Below, piece after piece: positions 10,530-20,359 of a DNA stretch of 64,000 bases. Where the stretch lies: NCBI GenBank assembly GCA_965232515.1, contig CBDDPY010000002.1:6208001-6272000 (forward strand), in the 5' to 3' direction. The translations under genes were made by a program, and so were the position numbers. Position 1 is the stretch's first letter, and the number at the start of each line of letters is the position of its first letter. The DNA is from Alphaproteobacteria bacterium (GTDB lineage: Bacteria > Pseudomonadota > Alphaproteobacteria > GCA-2731375). Below the pieces are notes generated by a model. The model was not told where the DNA came from, ran no database searches, and was given only the letters and a program-made list of their open reading frames with translations.

Positions 10530-12734
10530 ATGTTGCCGATTTTCGCCGGCACGCTGTGCCTGAGCGCCCTTCTGCTGTTCTGGCTTCAGCCGATGTTCAC
10601 GAAGATGGTGCTGCCGCTGCTGGGCGGTTCGCCGGCTGTCTGGAATACCGCCATGGTGTTCTTTCAGGCGGCTCTGCTGGCCGGCTACAGCTATTCGCAT
10701 CTGACCACGCGCTGGCTGGGGCTGCGGCGGCAGAGCCTGCTGCATCTGCTGATTCTGCTGACCGCCCTGCCGTTTCTGCCGATTGCGGTGATGGCGGGCT
10801 GGTCGCCGCCGCGGGACGCCATGCCGCTCGCCTGGCTGATCGGCCTGTTCACGGTCTCGGTCGGCCTGCCGTTCTTCGCCGTGGCCACGACGGCGCCGCT
10901 ACTGCAGAAGTGGTTCGCGCATATCGGGCACCGGGACTCGACCAATCCCTATTTCCTGTATGCGGCCAGCAACATCGGCAGCATCTTCGCGTTGCTGGGT
11001 TATCCGGTCCTGCTGGAACCGTTCGTGACCCTGACCGGGCAGGGCATGCTGTGGGCCTTCGGCTACGGCCTGCTGGTCGTTCTGATCGGGGTCTGCGTCT
11101 TTCTTCTGCGACGCAACTTCACCGAGCAGGCGGCGGATGCCAAGCCGGCGGCCGCCGCCGAGGCGCGGTCGGCGCCGCCCGACTGGCGACGCCGATTGCA
11201 CTGGATGATCCTGGCGTTTGCGCCGTCGAGTCTGCTGTTGGGCGCAACCAGCCATATCAGCACCGATGTTGCCGCGGCGCCGTTTCTGTGGGTCGTACCG
11301 CTGGCGCTCTACCTGCTGACGCACGTGATCGTGTTCTCGCGGCGGCCGATCCTCAAGCACAGCTGGATGATCAAGGCGCAGCCCCTGTTCGTGCTGCTGG
11401 TCGCGATCACCTTTTTCTGGCCGACCTTTTCGCTCGGCATGGTCATGACAATGCACCTGGCGGCCTTCTTCGTGACCGCCATGGTCTGCCATGGCGAACT
11501 GGCGCGCCTGCGTCCGGCGACCAGCCATCTGACCGAGTTCTATCTGGTGATGTCGCTGGGCGGCGTTCTGGGCGGCGCCTTCAACGGCCTGCTGGCGCCG
11601 GTGCTGTTCGATTCCGTCGTCGAGTACCCACTGATGATCGTCTTGGCCTGCATGCTGCGTCCGGCGGCGGACGGCGCGGCGCCTCGCTGGCGGGCCTACG
11701 ATCTGATCTGGCCATTGGCGCTCTGCATCGTGATGCTGATTTACCGGCGCTGGTTCGAGGCCATCGACACCACGCTGGCGATCGTGCTCTGGACCGGCTT
11801 CTACGTGATCGCCAGCCTGGTCGCCTACAGCTTCAACACCCGACCCTACCGCTTCGGTCTGGGCGTGTCCGCCATTCTGCTGTCCGGCGCCGTTGTCAGC
11901 GCCGCCAACTCGAACGTGCTGCTGCGCGAACGCAGCTTCTTCGGCGTCCATCAGGTGCTGCTCGACAAATCCGGCACCTACAATGTTCTGAAACACGGCA
12001 CCACCATGCACGGCGCGCAGTTCCGCGACCCGTCGCGCCGGCGCGAGGCGGTGAGCTATTACCACCGCGCCGGCCCGCTCGGCCAGGCGATGGCGGCGTT
12101 CGCCGACGGCCCGCCCAAGCGGACCGCCGTGATCGGCTTGGGTACCGGCGCGCTGGCCTGTTATCGCAGACCGGGCGAAAAATGGACCTTCTACGAAATC
12201 GATCCGGTGGTGGCGTCGATCGCGCGCGACACGCCTTACTTCACCTATATGTCCGACTGCGCCGACAACACGCCGGTGGTACTTGGCGACGGACGCATCA
12301 CGCTCGCCCAGGCCGACGACGGCAGCTATGACCGGATTATCATCGACGCCTTTTCTTCCGACTCGATCCCGGCGCATCTGCTGACCCGGGAAGCGCTTGC
12401 GCTTTACCTCGAAAAGCTGTCGGTCGGCGGCGTGATCCTGGCGCATATCTCAAACCGCTACCTGAATCTCGAGCCGGTGCTGGCCAACCTGGCCGCCGAC
12501 GCCGGCATCCATGGTTTCAGTCAGACGCAGCTGGCCGAAGCAGGGGGCGATGAGCGGGTGCTGCGGTCGGGCGGCTCCTGGGTCGTATTGGCCCGCTCGC
12601 CCGATACCTTGGCGGCGCTTGCCGACCGGCCGGACTGGCACGCGCTGGAACGGCAGCCGCGCTTCGGCGTCTGGACCGACGATTTCACCAACATCATCAG
12701 CGTTCTGGTCTGGTGGCGCGGCGATCGCGATTAG
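10530..12734 (+). CDS. Fused multi-TM / spermidine-synthase-like SAM-dependent protein
   Basis: About 13 TM segments followed by HGTTMHG, IGLGTG, YEIDP, GDGR and DAFSSD. Start moved to ATG 10530, which follows GGAG. Confidence 0.85.
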   Translation: MLPIFAGTLCLSALLLFWLQPMFTKMVLPLLGGSPAVWNTAMVFFQAALLAGYSYSHLTTRWLGLRRQSLLHLLILLTALPFLPIAVMAGWSPPRDAMPLAWLIGLFTVSVGLPFFAVATTAPLLQKWFAHIGHRDSTNPYFLYAASNIGSIFALLGYPVLLEPFVTLTGQGMLWAFGYGLLVVLIGVCVFLLRRNFTEQAADAKPAAAAEARSAPPDWRRRLHWMILAFAPSSLLLGATSHISTDVAAAPFLWVVPLALYLLTHVIVFSRRPILKHSWMIKAQPLFVLLVAITFFWPTFSLGMVMTMHLAAFFVTAMVCHGELARLRPATSHLTEFYLVMSLGGVLGGAFNGLLAPVLFDSVVEYPLMIVLACMLRPAADGAAPRWRAYDLIWPLALCIVMLIYRRWFEAIDTTLAIVLWTGFYVIASLVAYSFNTRPYRFGLGVSAILLSGAVVSAANSNVLLRERSFFGVHQVLLDKSGTYNVLKHGTTMHGAQFRDPSRRREAVSYYHRAGPLGQAMAAFADGPPKRTAVIGLGTGALACYRRPGEKWTFYEIDPVVASIARDTPYFTYMSDCADNTPVVLGDGRITLAQADDGSYDRIIIDAFSSDSIPAHLLTREALALYLEKLSVGGVILAHISNRYLNLEPVLANLAADAGIHGFSQTQLAEAGGDERVLRSGGSWVVLARSPDTLAALADRPDWHALERQPRFGVWTDDFTNIISVLVWWRGDRD

Positions 12735-12753
12735 CCGCCGGCAGCCGGGGACA

Positions 12754-13374
12754 TCAGGCCGGACGATCCTGATCTGACGTCGGTTTTTCCGGCGGCTTTG
12801 GCGGTGGCAGACGGCGCAGCAACGCGACCTTCGTGGCAAATCCCGGATCGTCGCCGGCGGCCAGCAGCGGCGCCGCGTCGGCCATGGCGTCAATCAGGTC
12901 CTCGACCCATTCCGCATCCGACTTGGCGAAATCCGACAACGTGTACTTCGCCACCTTATGCTTGCCGCCGGGATGCCCGACGCCAAGCCGCACACGGCGA
13001 TAGTCGTTGCCGATATGCCGGTCGAGGCTGCGGATGCCGTTGTGGCCAGCGCTGCCGCCGCCGCTTTTGACCCGGATCTTGCCAGGGGCAAGGTCAACCT
13101 CGTCATGGAAGACGATGACCTCGTCCGTCGACAGCTTGTAGAAGCGCATCGCCTCGCCAACCGAACGGCCGGACTCGTTCATGTAGGTCGTGGGCTTCAG
13201 CACCATGACCCGCTCGCCGTCGAGGCGGCCTTCCGAGGTCAGGCCCTGAAAGCGTTTGCGCGGGCTCGAAAAGTTATGGCGGCGGACGATCTCATCCACC
13301 GCCATGTAGCCGAAATTATGCCGGTTGTGGGCATGCTCGGGCCCGGGATTGCCGAGCCCGACAAACAGCAGCAA
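12754..13374 (-). CDS. pth: Peptidyl-tRNA hydrolase
   Basis: GLGNPG, RHNFG, YMNESG and GHNG motifs. Confidence 0.96.
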   Translation of the reverse strand: MLLFVGLGNPGPEHAHNRHNFGYMAVDEIVRRHNFSSPRKRFQGLTSEGRLDGERVMVLKPTTYMNESGRSVGEAMRFYKLSTDEVIVFHDEVDLAPGKIRVKSGGGSAGHNGIRSLDRHIGNDYRRVRLGVGHPGGKHKVAKYTLSDFAKSDAEWVEDLIDAMADAAPLLAAGDDPGFATKVALLRRLPPPKPPEKPTSDQDRPA

Positions 13375-13383
13375 AGCGATTGC

Positions 13384-14061
13384 CTATTCGGTTGACTCGT
13401 CGTCGCCGCCTTCCGCCGGGGCTTCCTCGCCCGCGGCCTCGGCCGGCGCTTCTTCCATGCCTTCCTCGCCCTCGGCCGGCGCTTCTTCCTCCTGGACCGT
13501 CGGCGCGGCGATGGTGGCGATGGTGAAGTCGCGATCGGTAATCGTCGGCTCGACGCCGTCCGGCAGCTTCACGGCGCTGATATGCACGCTGTCGCCAATA
13601 TCGGTGCCGGCGAGATCCACCTCGATCCGCTCAGGAATGGCGTCGGCACGGCAGCTCACTTCGATCTCGTAGCGAACCACGTTCAGCACGCCGCCGCGCT
13701 TCAGGCCGTCGGATTCCTCTTCGTTAACGAACTGCACCGGGACCTCGATGGTGACCCGCGCATCGGCCGACAGCCGCAGAAAGTCAACGTGCAGCGGCAC
13801 GTCGGTGACGGGATGGCGCTGCACGTCGCGGGGCAGCACCTTCTGACGCCGGTCGTCCAGCTTCAACTCGTAGAGGGTGCTGAAAAAGGCGCCGGAATTC
13901 AGCTCGCGCTCGAGCGTTCGGCGGCTCAGCGAAATGGCCGCGGACGGCTTTTTGTCGCCGTAGACCACGCCCGGCACCATGCCGGCCCGCCGCGCTGCTC
14001 GGGCCGGCCCCTTGCCGGTGCCCTCGCGCGCCTCAACGACGATCTCGTTGGCTTCTTCCAT
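13384..14061 (-). CDS. rplY: 50S ribosomal protein L25 / Ctc
   Basis: PGVVYG, HVDF, KRGGVL and an acidic tail; located between prs and pth. Confidence 0.95.
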   Translation of the reverse strand: MEEANEIVVEAREGTGKGPARAARRAGMVPGVVYGDKKPSAAISLSRRTLERELNSGAFFSTLYELKLDDRRQKVLPRDVQRHPVTDVPLHVDFLRLSADARVTIEVPVQFVNEEESDGLKRGGVLNVVRYEIEVSCRADAIPERIEVDLAGTDIGDSVHISAVKLPDGVEPTITDRDFTIATIAAPTVQEEEAPAEGEEGMEEAPAEAAGEEAPAEGGDDESTE

Positions 14062-14236
14062 CGTTCAATCCTCTCGCCATCGACGGTCCCAGGCAGCCGG
14101 CCATCGCCGCGCCCGCGAGATCGATGAATATCTCGGAAAATCCGGCGTTGATATACGCGTGCCGGCGGCAAAACTCAATCAATTTCGGACCTCGGAAGGC
14201 CCCGAAAACATGGTTAACGGGAACTTGGCGGCGATC

Positions 14237-15169
14237 CTAGTCGAACAGGCTGGATACCGACGATTCTTCGCTGATCCGGCGGATTGCCTCGCCAATCAAG
14301 GGGGCGATGGTGACGCAACGCAGATTGCCGGAGTTCTTCATCGCTTCGGTGGACTGGATGCTGTCGGTGACGGTCAACGCCTGCAGCGCCGAAGCGTTGA
14401 CCCGGGCGACCGCGCCGCCGCTCAGCACGCCGTGCGTCACATAGGCCGAAACTTCCTTTGCGCCTTCGGCGATCAGCGCGTCGGCGGCGTTGCAAAGCGT
14501 GCCGGCGGAATCGACGATATCGTCGAACAGTATGCAGCTTCGTCCCTTGACGTCGCCGATGATGTGCATGACTTCCGAGACGCCGGCCCGCTCGCGCCGT
14601 TTGTCGACAATCGCAAGATCGGCGTCGATCCGCTTGGCCAACGCCCGGGCCCGGACGACGCCGCCGACATCCGGCGAGACGATGATCGGCCGCTCGCCGT
14701 TCAGGCGTTCCTGAAGGTCGCGGGTGAATACCGGCGCGGAGAACAGATTGTCGGTCGGAATGTCGAAAAAGCCCTGGATCTGGCCCGCGTGCAGGTCCAT
14801 CGTCAACACCCGGTTGGCGCCGGCCGTCACGATCAGATTGGCCACCAGCTTGGCTGAGATCGGCGTCCGCGGCCCGGGCTTACGGTCCTGCCGGGCATAG
14901 CCGAAATAGGGCAGCACCGCCGTTATCCGGCGCGCCGATGCGCGTTTCAGCGCATCGATGCAGACCAACAACTCCATCAGATTGTCGTTCGCCGAATAGG
15001 ACGTCGACTGGATCACGAAAACGTCCTCGCCGCGAACGTTTTCGTGGATTTCGACGAACACCTCCATGTCGGAGAAACGCTTCACATCGGCGTCGGTCAA
15101 TGTCACGCCGAGATAGCCTGCGATGGCTTCGGCCAGGGGTCGGTTGCTGTTCCCGCTCAGCAACTTCAT
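14237..15169 (-). CDS. prs: Ribose-phosphate pyrophosphokinase
   Basis: Starts MKLLSGNSN at 15169; [18 protein letters not shown] and DDIVDSAGT motifs. Confidence 0.97.
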   Translation of the reverse strand: MKLLSGNSNRPLAEAIAGYLGVTLTDADVKRFSDMEVFVEIHENVRGEDVFVIQSTSYSANDNLMELLVCIDALKRASARRITAVLPYFGYARQDRKPGPRTPISAKLVANLIVTAGANRVLTMDLHAGQIQGFFDIPTDNLFSAPVFTRDLQERLNGERPIIVSPDVGGVVRARALAKRIDADLAIVDKRRERAGVSEVMHIIGDVKGRSCILFDDIVDSAGTLCNAADALIAEGAKEVSAYVTHGVLSGGAVARVNASALQALTVTDSIQSTEAMKNSGNLRCVTIAPLIGEAIRRISEESSVSSLFD

Positions 15170-15256
15170 GCTTCGGATCCTCGTTCCGGTAGGTTTCGTC
15201 TGTTCTGTCCGATCATGGCGCCGGCCAACCGCTCCCAAGCGGATTGCGCCGGACTC

Positions 15257-16186
15257 TTAGCAAGGGGCAGGGTGGCTGTAAATCGATTCGCACGCCGCCG
15301 CGGCCCGACGTCCCGATGTGGCATTTTTGACGCGGCCGGCGCGTTGCAGCAGATCGACGATACCGACGGCGGCGCCGTCGGCGACAATCAGCGCGGCCTC
15401 GCCCCAGCGCGGCTCGAGCACCCCCGTCGGGATCTCGTCGGCCTGCTCGACCTTGCCTAGCTCCCCGCCGTCCGGGCCCAACACGGTCCAGGTAATGCGG
15501 ACGAGCTGATGGGTAGGGCCGCTGTCGGTGACGCCGACCGCGCCGAGCACGACATAAACGTCGGGCCCGACGCTTTCGGCCAGTGGCAGCCCGGCACGCC
15601 GCAAGGCCGCGCGCAGCGCCCGCGTCAGCGAGCGATAGCCGTCGCCGGGCGCGCCGGTCACGGGCTCTATCAGGATGCCGTCAAGGGCCAGCTGTGGTTC
15701 CCGGTCGTCGGCGCGGATTGCCGCGTCGATCCGCCGCGCCGTCTGACGCGCAATCTCACGCAGCAGTTCCGGCGACGCGGCGGCCGCGGTAGGGGCGGGT
15801 AGGGCCGCCGGCTGCTCGATCTTCGCGAGCGTCAGTCCATAGGGATCGACGAGCCGCCACCGCAGATCGAGCTTGCCGTCGCCATTGGCCGATTTGATAG
15901 CCGTGCCCTGGAGCAGGTAGCTGCCGTGATGGCTGCCGCGGGTGACCGCCGGAAGCTCGCGCTCGGTCAGGGCCTGGGCGACCTGACTGCTCAGGAGCGT
16001 CGGCGACTTGCCGGCCAGTCCGATGACCGGGGTGACCAGAATTCCGGCCTGCGGGCCGAAGTTGAGCGCCTGGCGCGGCGGGCTCAGCTTGCCGTCCGGC
16101 TGGAACGGCCGTGGCGGTCGTTCGCAGGCGGCGAGTCCCACCAGCAGCGCCGCCGCCAGGACGGTTGTGCAGAGCCTAGAGAACAC
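15257..16186 (-). CDS. Hypothetical lipoprotein
   Basis: Signal peptide with LAAC lipobox; two related halves (PVIGL...W.LVDP.G and PVTGA...WTVLGPDG). Confidence 0.65.
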   Translation of the reverse strand: MFSRLCTTVLAAALLVGLAACERPPRPFQPDGKLSPPRQALNFGPQAGILVTPVIGLAGKSPTLLSSQVAQALTERELPAVTRGSHHGSYLLQGTAIKSANGDGKLDLRWRLVDPYGLTLAKIEQPAALPAPTAAAASPELLREIARQTARRIDAAIRADDREPQLALDGILIEPVTGAPGDGYRSLTRALRAALRRAGLPLAESVGPDVYVVLGAVGVTDSGPTHQLVRITWTVLGPDGGELGKVEQADEIPTGVLEPRWGEAALIVADGAAVGIVDLLQRAGRVKNATSGRRAAAACESIYSHPAPC

Positions 16187-16267
16187 AGCTCACCATCAAG
16201 CCGATGATGAGCAGGGCGCTGAAGATCAGGATGTGCGGCATGGCAATACGATAAAAATATAGCCTGC

Positions 16268-17422
16268 CTAGCCGTTCACAACCAGATCGAGCGGCAGTCG
16301 ACTCAGCCGTTCACAGCCGTTCTCGGTGACCAGCATGGTCTGGCCCAGAGTCATGGCCCGGCCGGCCTCGCTGTCCATGAGAATGATATGAATGAAAAAC
16401 ACCATGTTCGGCGCCGCCTCGACCGCGTTGCCGGCATAGAACATGGGCCAATCCATCCAGCTCGGCGCAAACGTCGTGCCCAGGCTGTAGCCGCAGGCGT
16501 TCATCCGATGCGCTTCATAGCCGGCGGCGTCGAGCACGCGGGCATGCGCGTCGAACACCTCGCCGATCGGCCGGCCTGGCTTCAGGGCCTCGATGCAGGC
16601 CGCCATGGCGTCGGCGCAGGCGGCGTGCATGGCGATCTGTCCGGGCTCGGGCGTGCCGGTCAGGATGGTTCGCATCAGGGCGCCGTGATAGCGGCGGTAG
16701 ACGCCAGCAAATTCGAGCGTCAGTTGGTCCTGCGCTTCCAGGTGCCGGCGGCCGGTGAAATAACGGCAGAGCAGCGCGTTCTCGCCGGAGCCGATGATGA
16801 ACTCGTTACCGGGATAGTCGCCGCCGCCGCGGAACACGGCGCCCTGCATGGCGGCGAGGATATCGCCCTCGAAGGCACCGGGACGGGCGAGGTTGTTGGC
16901 CTGCTCCAGCGCGTCGTCGGCAAGTACCGCGGCGCGGCGCACGTAGTCGAGCTCCGCCGGGCTTTTCACCAGGCGCAGCCGGCTGACCAGATCGGAGGCG
17001 TCTTCTACTGAGCAAAATCCGTCGAGCGCCTGATCGACCCGGCGGCCGTTCTGCGCGGTCAGCCCATAGGCGTCATACTCGATCCCAAGGCGGCGACCGG
17101 CGCAGCCGTGCCCCGCCAGCATGTCGCGCAGATCGTCGGCCGGGTTCTTGCCCTCGCGGTCGACCCAGACGCGGATGTCCTCGATGATCGAGGTGTGCTG
17201 TGCCTGCCGCAGATCGGGCGCGCGCGTCAGCAGCGTCAACGTACCGTCGGCGCCGAGATAGAGGCACTGAAAGAAACAGTAGCCGAAGGTGTCGAAGCCG
17301 GTGAGATAGAACATGCTTTCCTGGCGGAAGATCAGCAGGCCGTCGAGCCCGCGTTCGGCAATCGCCGCCGTGGCGCGGTCGCGGCGCGCGGCCAGTTCGG
17401 ATTCGCTGAAATGGATCGCCAT
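16268..17422 (-). CDS. M24 family protein of the creatinase / ectoine hydrolase DoeA-like branch
   Basis: Starts MAIHFSESELAARR at 17422; YLTGFD, LVKSPAE, EFAGVYRRYH and GYSLG motifs. Confidence 0.85.
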   Translation of the reverse strand: MAIHFSESELAARRDRATAAIAERGLDGLLIFRQESMFYLTGFDTFGYCFFQCLYLGADGTLTLLTRAPDLRQAQHTSIIEDIRVWVDREGKNPADDLRDMLAGHGCAGRRLGIEYDAYGLTAQNGRRVDQALDGFCSVEDASDLVSRLRLVKSPAELDYVRRAAVLADDALEQANNLARPGAFEGDILAAMQGAVFRGGGDYPGNEFIIGSGENALLCRYFTGRRHLEAQDQLTLEFAGVYRRYHGALMRTILTGTPEPGQIAMHAACADAMAACIEALKPGRPIGEVFDAHARVLDAAGYEAHRMNACGYSLGTTFAPSWMDWPMFYAGNAVEAAPNMVFFIHIILMDSEAGRAMTLGQTMLVTENGCERLSRLPLDLVVNG

Positions 17423-17481
17423 GGGACACCTGTACGTTGGCGGACTTGCCGTTTCGATACCCGGCGCGGCATGGTTTGCCA

Positions 17482-18213
17482 ATGAAAAAGGCTGACGGCG
17501 CGATCCTGACGAGGCTGAACGAACGGCTGAGGCCGGTTGGTATGATTCCGCGGGGCGGTTTTCGTGTCTCGGCGTCCGACGATGTGCCCGCGCTGCCGGA
17601 CGGCGCGTCACCAGGCACCGTCATTCTGATCGGCAATGCCGGGCCGGCCATGTGGCGGGCCTTCGCAGCTGCCGGCGTACGCGGTGAGGATCCGCTCGAC
17701 GGCTGGACTCGTGAGGTGCTGAACGGGGTCGCGGCCGTGGTCGGGGCGTCGGCGTTTTTTCCCTTCGACGGTCCGCCCTGGTTGCCGTTCCAGCGCTGGG
17801 CGCAACGCGCCGACGATGTGCATCAATCGCCGATCGGGCTATTGATTCATCCCGTCTTCGGACTTTGGCATGCATACCGCGGCGCCCTGGCGTTCGCGGA
17901 CGTTGTCGAGCTCGCCGCGACATCGGCGGGACCGTCGCCTTGTGACGCCTGCATCGACAAGCCCTGCCTGACGCCTTGTCCGGTCGAGGCGTTGGCGCCG
18001 GGTTCGTACGACATTGCCGCCTGTGCCGGTCATGTCGCCGGGTCAGACGGCGCGGACTGCCTGAACGGCAGCTGCCGCGCACGGGCTGCCTGCCCGATCG
18101 GCGCCGCGTACCGGTACCATCCGGATCAGGCGCGGTTTCATATGTCCGCGTTCCTGCACCGGGTGTCGGCGCGCGCGACGGCAGCGGGCGGAGGCGACAG
18201 AGATCCCGGCTGA
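17482..18213 (+). CDS. Uncharacterised Fe-S ('ferredoxin') protein with a QueG/CblC-like segment
   Basis: PFQRWA...IHPVFGLWHAYRGAL followed by CDACIDKPCLTPCP...C...CRARAACP. Start is uncertain (17482 or 17542). Confidence 0.7.
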   Translation: MKKADGAILTRLNERLRPVGMIPRGGFRVSASDDVPALPDGASPGTVILIGNAGPAMWRAFAAAGVRGEDPLDGWTREVLNGVAAVVGASAFFPFDGPPWLPFQRWAQRADDVHQSPIGLLIHPVFGLWHAYRGALAFADVVELAATSAGPSPCDACIDKPCLTPCPVEALAPGSYDIAACAGHVAGSDGADCLNGSCRARAACPIGAAYRYHPDQARFHMSAFLHRVSARATAAGGGDRDPG

Positions 18214-19489
18214 CCCGCCGGCGCGCGATCCGAGGATCGGCGCGACCGAAACAGCAGCGCCCCGGCACGCGGCGCTGGCGCTGCTTGCCGATCCCCGGTT
18301 CCGCAACCTTTGGCTTGCCGGCGGTGTGCTGAACACCATGCGCTGGCTCGAAATTCTGGCTATCGGCGTCTATGTGTTCGACCGCACCGGCTCGGCGCTG
18401 ACGGTCGCGGTGGTCCAGTTGGTGCGCTGGTTGCCATTGGTGCTGTTCGGCGGTCTGATCGGCGCCTATGCCGAGCACGGACGGCGCAAGCCGTTCCTGC
18501 TGGCCGGTTTCGGTTTGGCCGCCGGCGTCAGCGTGCTGCTCGGTCTGCTGGCCCTTGGCGGGCAGATTGCGCTTTGGCAGATCGGCGCCGGAAGTTTCCT
18601 GATGGGTCTGTTGTGGTCGGGCGACTATGCGCTGCGGCGCACATTGCTTGGCGACGTCGCGGGGCCGGAGCGGCTTTCGACTGCAATGGCGCTGGACTCG
18701 GTGACAATGGCCGCCACCCGCATGATCGGCCCGCTGGTCGGCGGCGTGCTGGTCGGCGTCATCGGACTGCACGGCGCCTATTTCGCCGGGGCGGCCCTCT
18801 ACGGTCTGGCGGTGTTGCTGCTCCTGCGGCTTCACGAACCGACGCTACGCCGGGCAGCAGTCGAGCCGACGCGGGCCGGGGGCTGGCGAGAGGGGCTGGC
18901 ATACCTGCGACGCAACCGGCAGGTCACGGCGGTGCTGTTCATCACCATCGTCTTCAATCTGTTCGGCGCGCCCTATGTGGCCTTCGTGCCGGTGATCGGC
19001 AAGGAGATCCTGAACCTGACGCCGACGCTGGTCGGCTTGCTGTTGGCCGCCGATGGCTTCGGCGCGTTCTGTGGCGCCATACTGGCGACGGCATTCGGCG
19101 AGCGGCTGCGGGCCGGCCGGGTGTTCGTGTTCGGGACCGGGATATTTCTACTCGGCGTGCTGCTGTTCGCCTTGTCGGGCAGCTATCTCCTGTCGGGCCT
19201 GCTGCTGCTCGCCGCCGGATTCGGCTTCGCGGGATTTTCCGGCATGCAGAGCGGCCTGGTTCTGCGGCATAGCGCGCCGGAGGTGCGGCGGCGGATGATG
19301 GGGCTGCTGGCGACCTGCATCGGTTGTTCGCCGATCGGGATGCTGCATCTCGGCGCGCTGGCCGAGGCCATCGGCGCGGCCCCGGCGCTGCGCATCGTTG
19401 CTGCCGAAGGCCTCGCGGCGTTGATTCTGGCGGCGGTAATCTGGCGGGAGCTGCACACGCCGCCGGCTACAACGCGCCCAGGGCCCTAG
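18203..19489 (+). CDS. MFS transporter (start uncertain, possibly non-canonical)
   Basis: About 12 TM segments. The in-frame LLADPRFRNLWLAG motif lies upstream of the first GTG at 18326. GGAGG at 18190 precedes an in-frame ATC at 18203. Confidence 0.8.
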   Translation: MPADPPARDPRIGATETAAPRHAALALLADPRFRNLWLAGGVLNTMRWLEILAIGVYVFDRTGSALTVAVVQLVRWLPLVLFGGLIGAYAEHGRRKPFLLAGFGLAAGVSVLLGLLALGGQIALWQIGAGSFLMGLLWSGDYALRRTLLGDVAGPERLSTAMALDSVTMAATRMIGPLVGGVLVGVIGLHGAYFAGAALYGLAVLLLLRLHEPTLRRAAVEPTRAGGWREGLAYLRRNRQVTAVLFITIVFNLFGAPYVAFVPVIGKEILNLTPTLVGLLLAADGFGAFCGAILATAFGERLRAGRVFVFGTGIFLLGVLLFALSGSYLLSGLLLLAAGFGFAGFSGMQSGLVLRHSAPEVRRRMMGLLATCIGCSPIGMLHLGALAEAIGAAPALRIVAAEGLAALILAAVIWRELHTPPATTRPGP

Positions 19490-20298
19490 AGCGTCGCGGC
19501 AAAGTCCTTGAGCGCCGCAATGAACGGCTGTGGCGCCTCGACTGGCAGCATGTGACCGGCCTCCGGCACGTCAACGCGGCGGCCGTCGGGCAATCGCGCG
19601 AACAGCCGGTCGACGATTTCGGGATCGTAGAACACCCGGTCGTTCGGCCCCATCATCACCAGCACCGGGCAGGTGAGCTGGTCATAGGGCACAACCCAGT
19701 CTGTCTTGCCCATCCAGGTCAGCAAATTGATGGCGCCGGAATCTGGATCCAGCGGCTCGTAGGCCGTGTCCGGTTGCAGGCATTCGCCGCGATGTGTCTC
19801 GAGATAGGCCGGACCGAACAGCAGCGGCGTCATCATGTCGCGCATCAGGTTCGGGCCGCCGACCTGCATGGCCATCAGCGCCGCATCGTTGATCCAGGCG
19901 ATGCGCGGGCCGATCTCGCGCAGCGTGTTGACCAGCACCAGACCGGCGGCCGGACAGCCGGCCAGGAAGGCGCGGCAGCAATAGAGACCGCCGATCGACA
20001 GGCCCACCAGCACCGGTTTCGGCGGCGCCAGGTCCCCAACCAGCCTTCCGAGATCGCCGTAGATCACCTCGTCGGTCAGCTTGAGATCCGGCGCGTATGG
20101 GCTGTTGGCCTGTCCGCGGAAATTATAGGCCAGCGTGCCGTGGCCCGCCTCGCGCAGCGCCGGGCCGACCTCGGCCTGCCACATGCCGGCGTCGCCCGTG
20201 ATGGCGTTGACGAAGACGAAGGTGCAGCCGCCGTCGGCGGTCGGTGGGTCGTATTCGTAGTAGAGACCGTCCTGTGGTCCGAGTTGCAGCACTGGCAT
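19486..20298 (-). CDS. Alpha/beta hydrolase
   Basis: GLSIG nucleophile elbow, Asp in GPND, His in AGHM. Confidence 0.85.
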   Translation of the reverse strand: MPVLQLGPQDGLYYEYDPPTADGGCTFVFVNAITGDAGMWQAEVGPALREAGHGTLAYNFRGQANSPYAPDLKLTDEVIYGDLGRLVGDLAPPKPVLVGLSIGGLYCCRAFLAGCPAAGLVLVNTLREIGPRIAWINDAALMAMQVGGPNLMRDMMTPLLFGPAYLETHRGECLQPDTAYEPLDPDSGAINLLTWMGKTDWVVPYDQLTCPVLVMMGPNDRVFYDPEIVDRLFARLPDGRRVDVPEAGHMLPVEAPQPFIAALKDFAATL

Positions 20299-20359
20299 AT
20301 CGACCCTCCCGCGTCGTTGGAACGGCCGTTAGTTTACCGGCAACGGCGCGGCAATCAAT

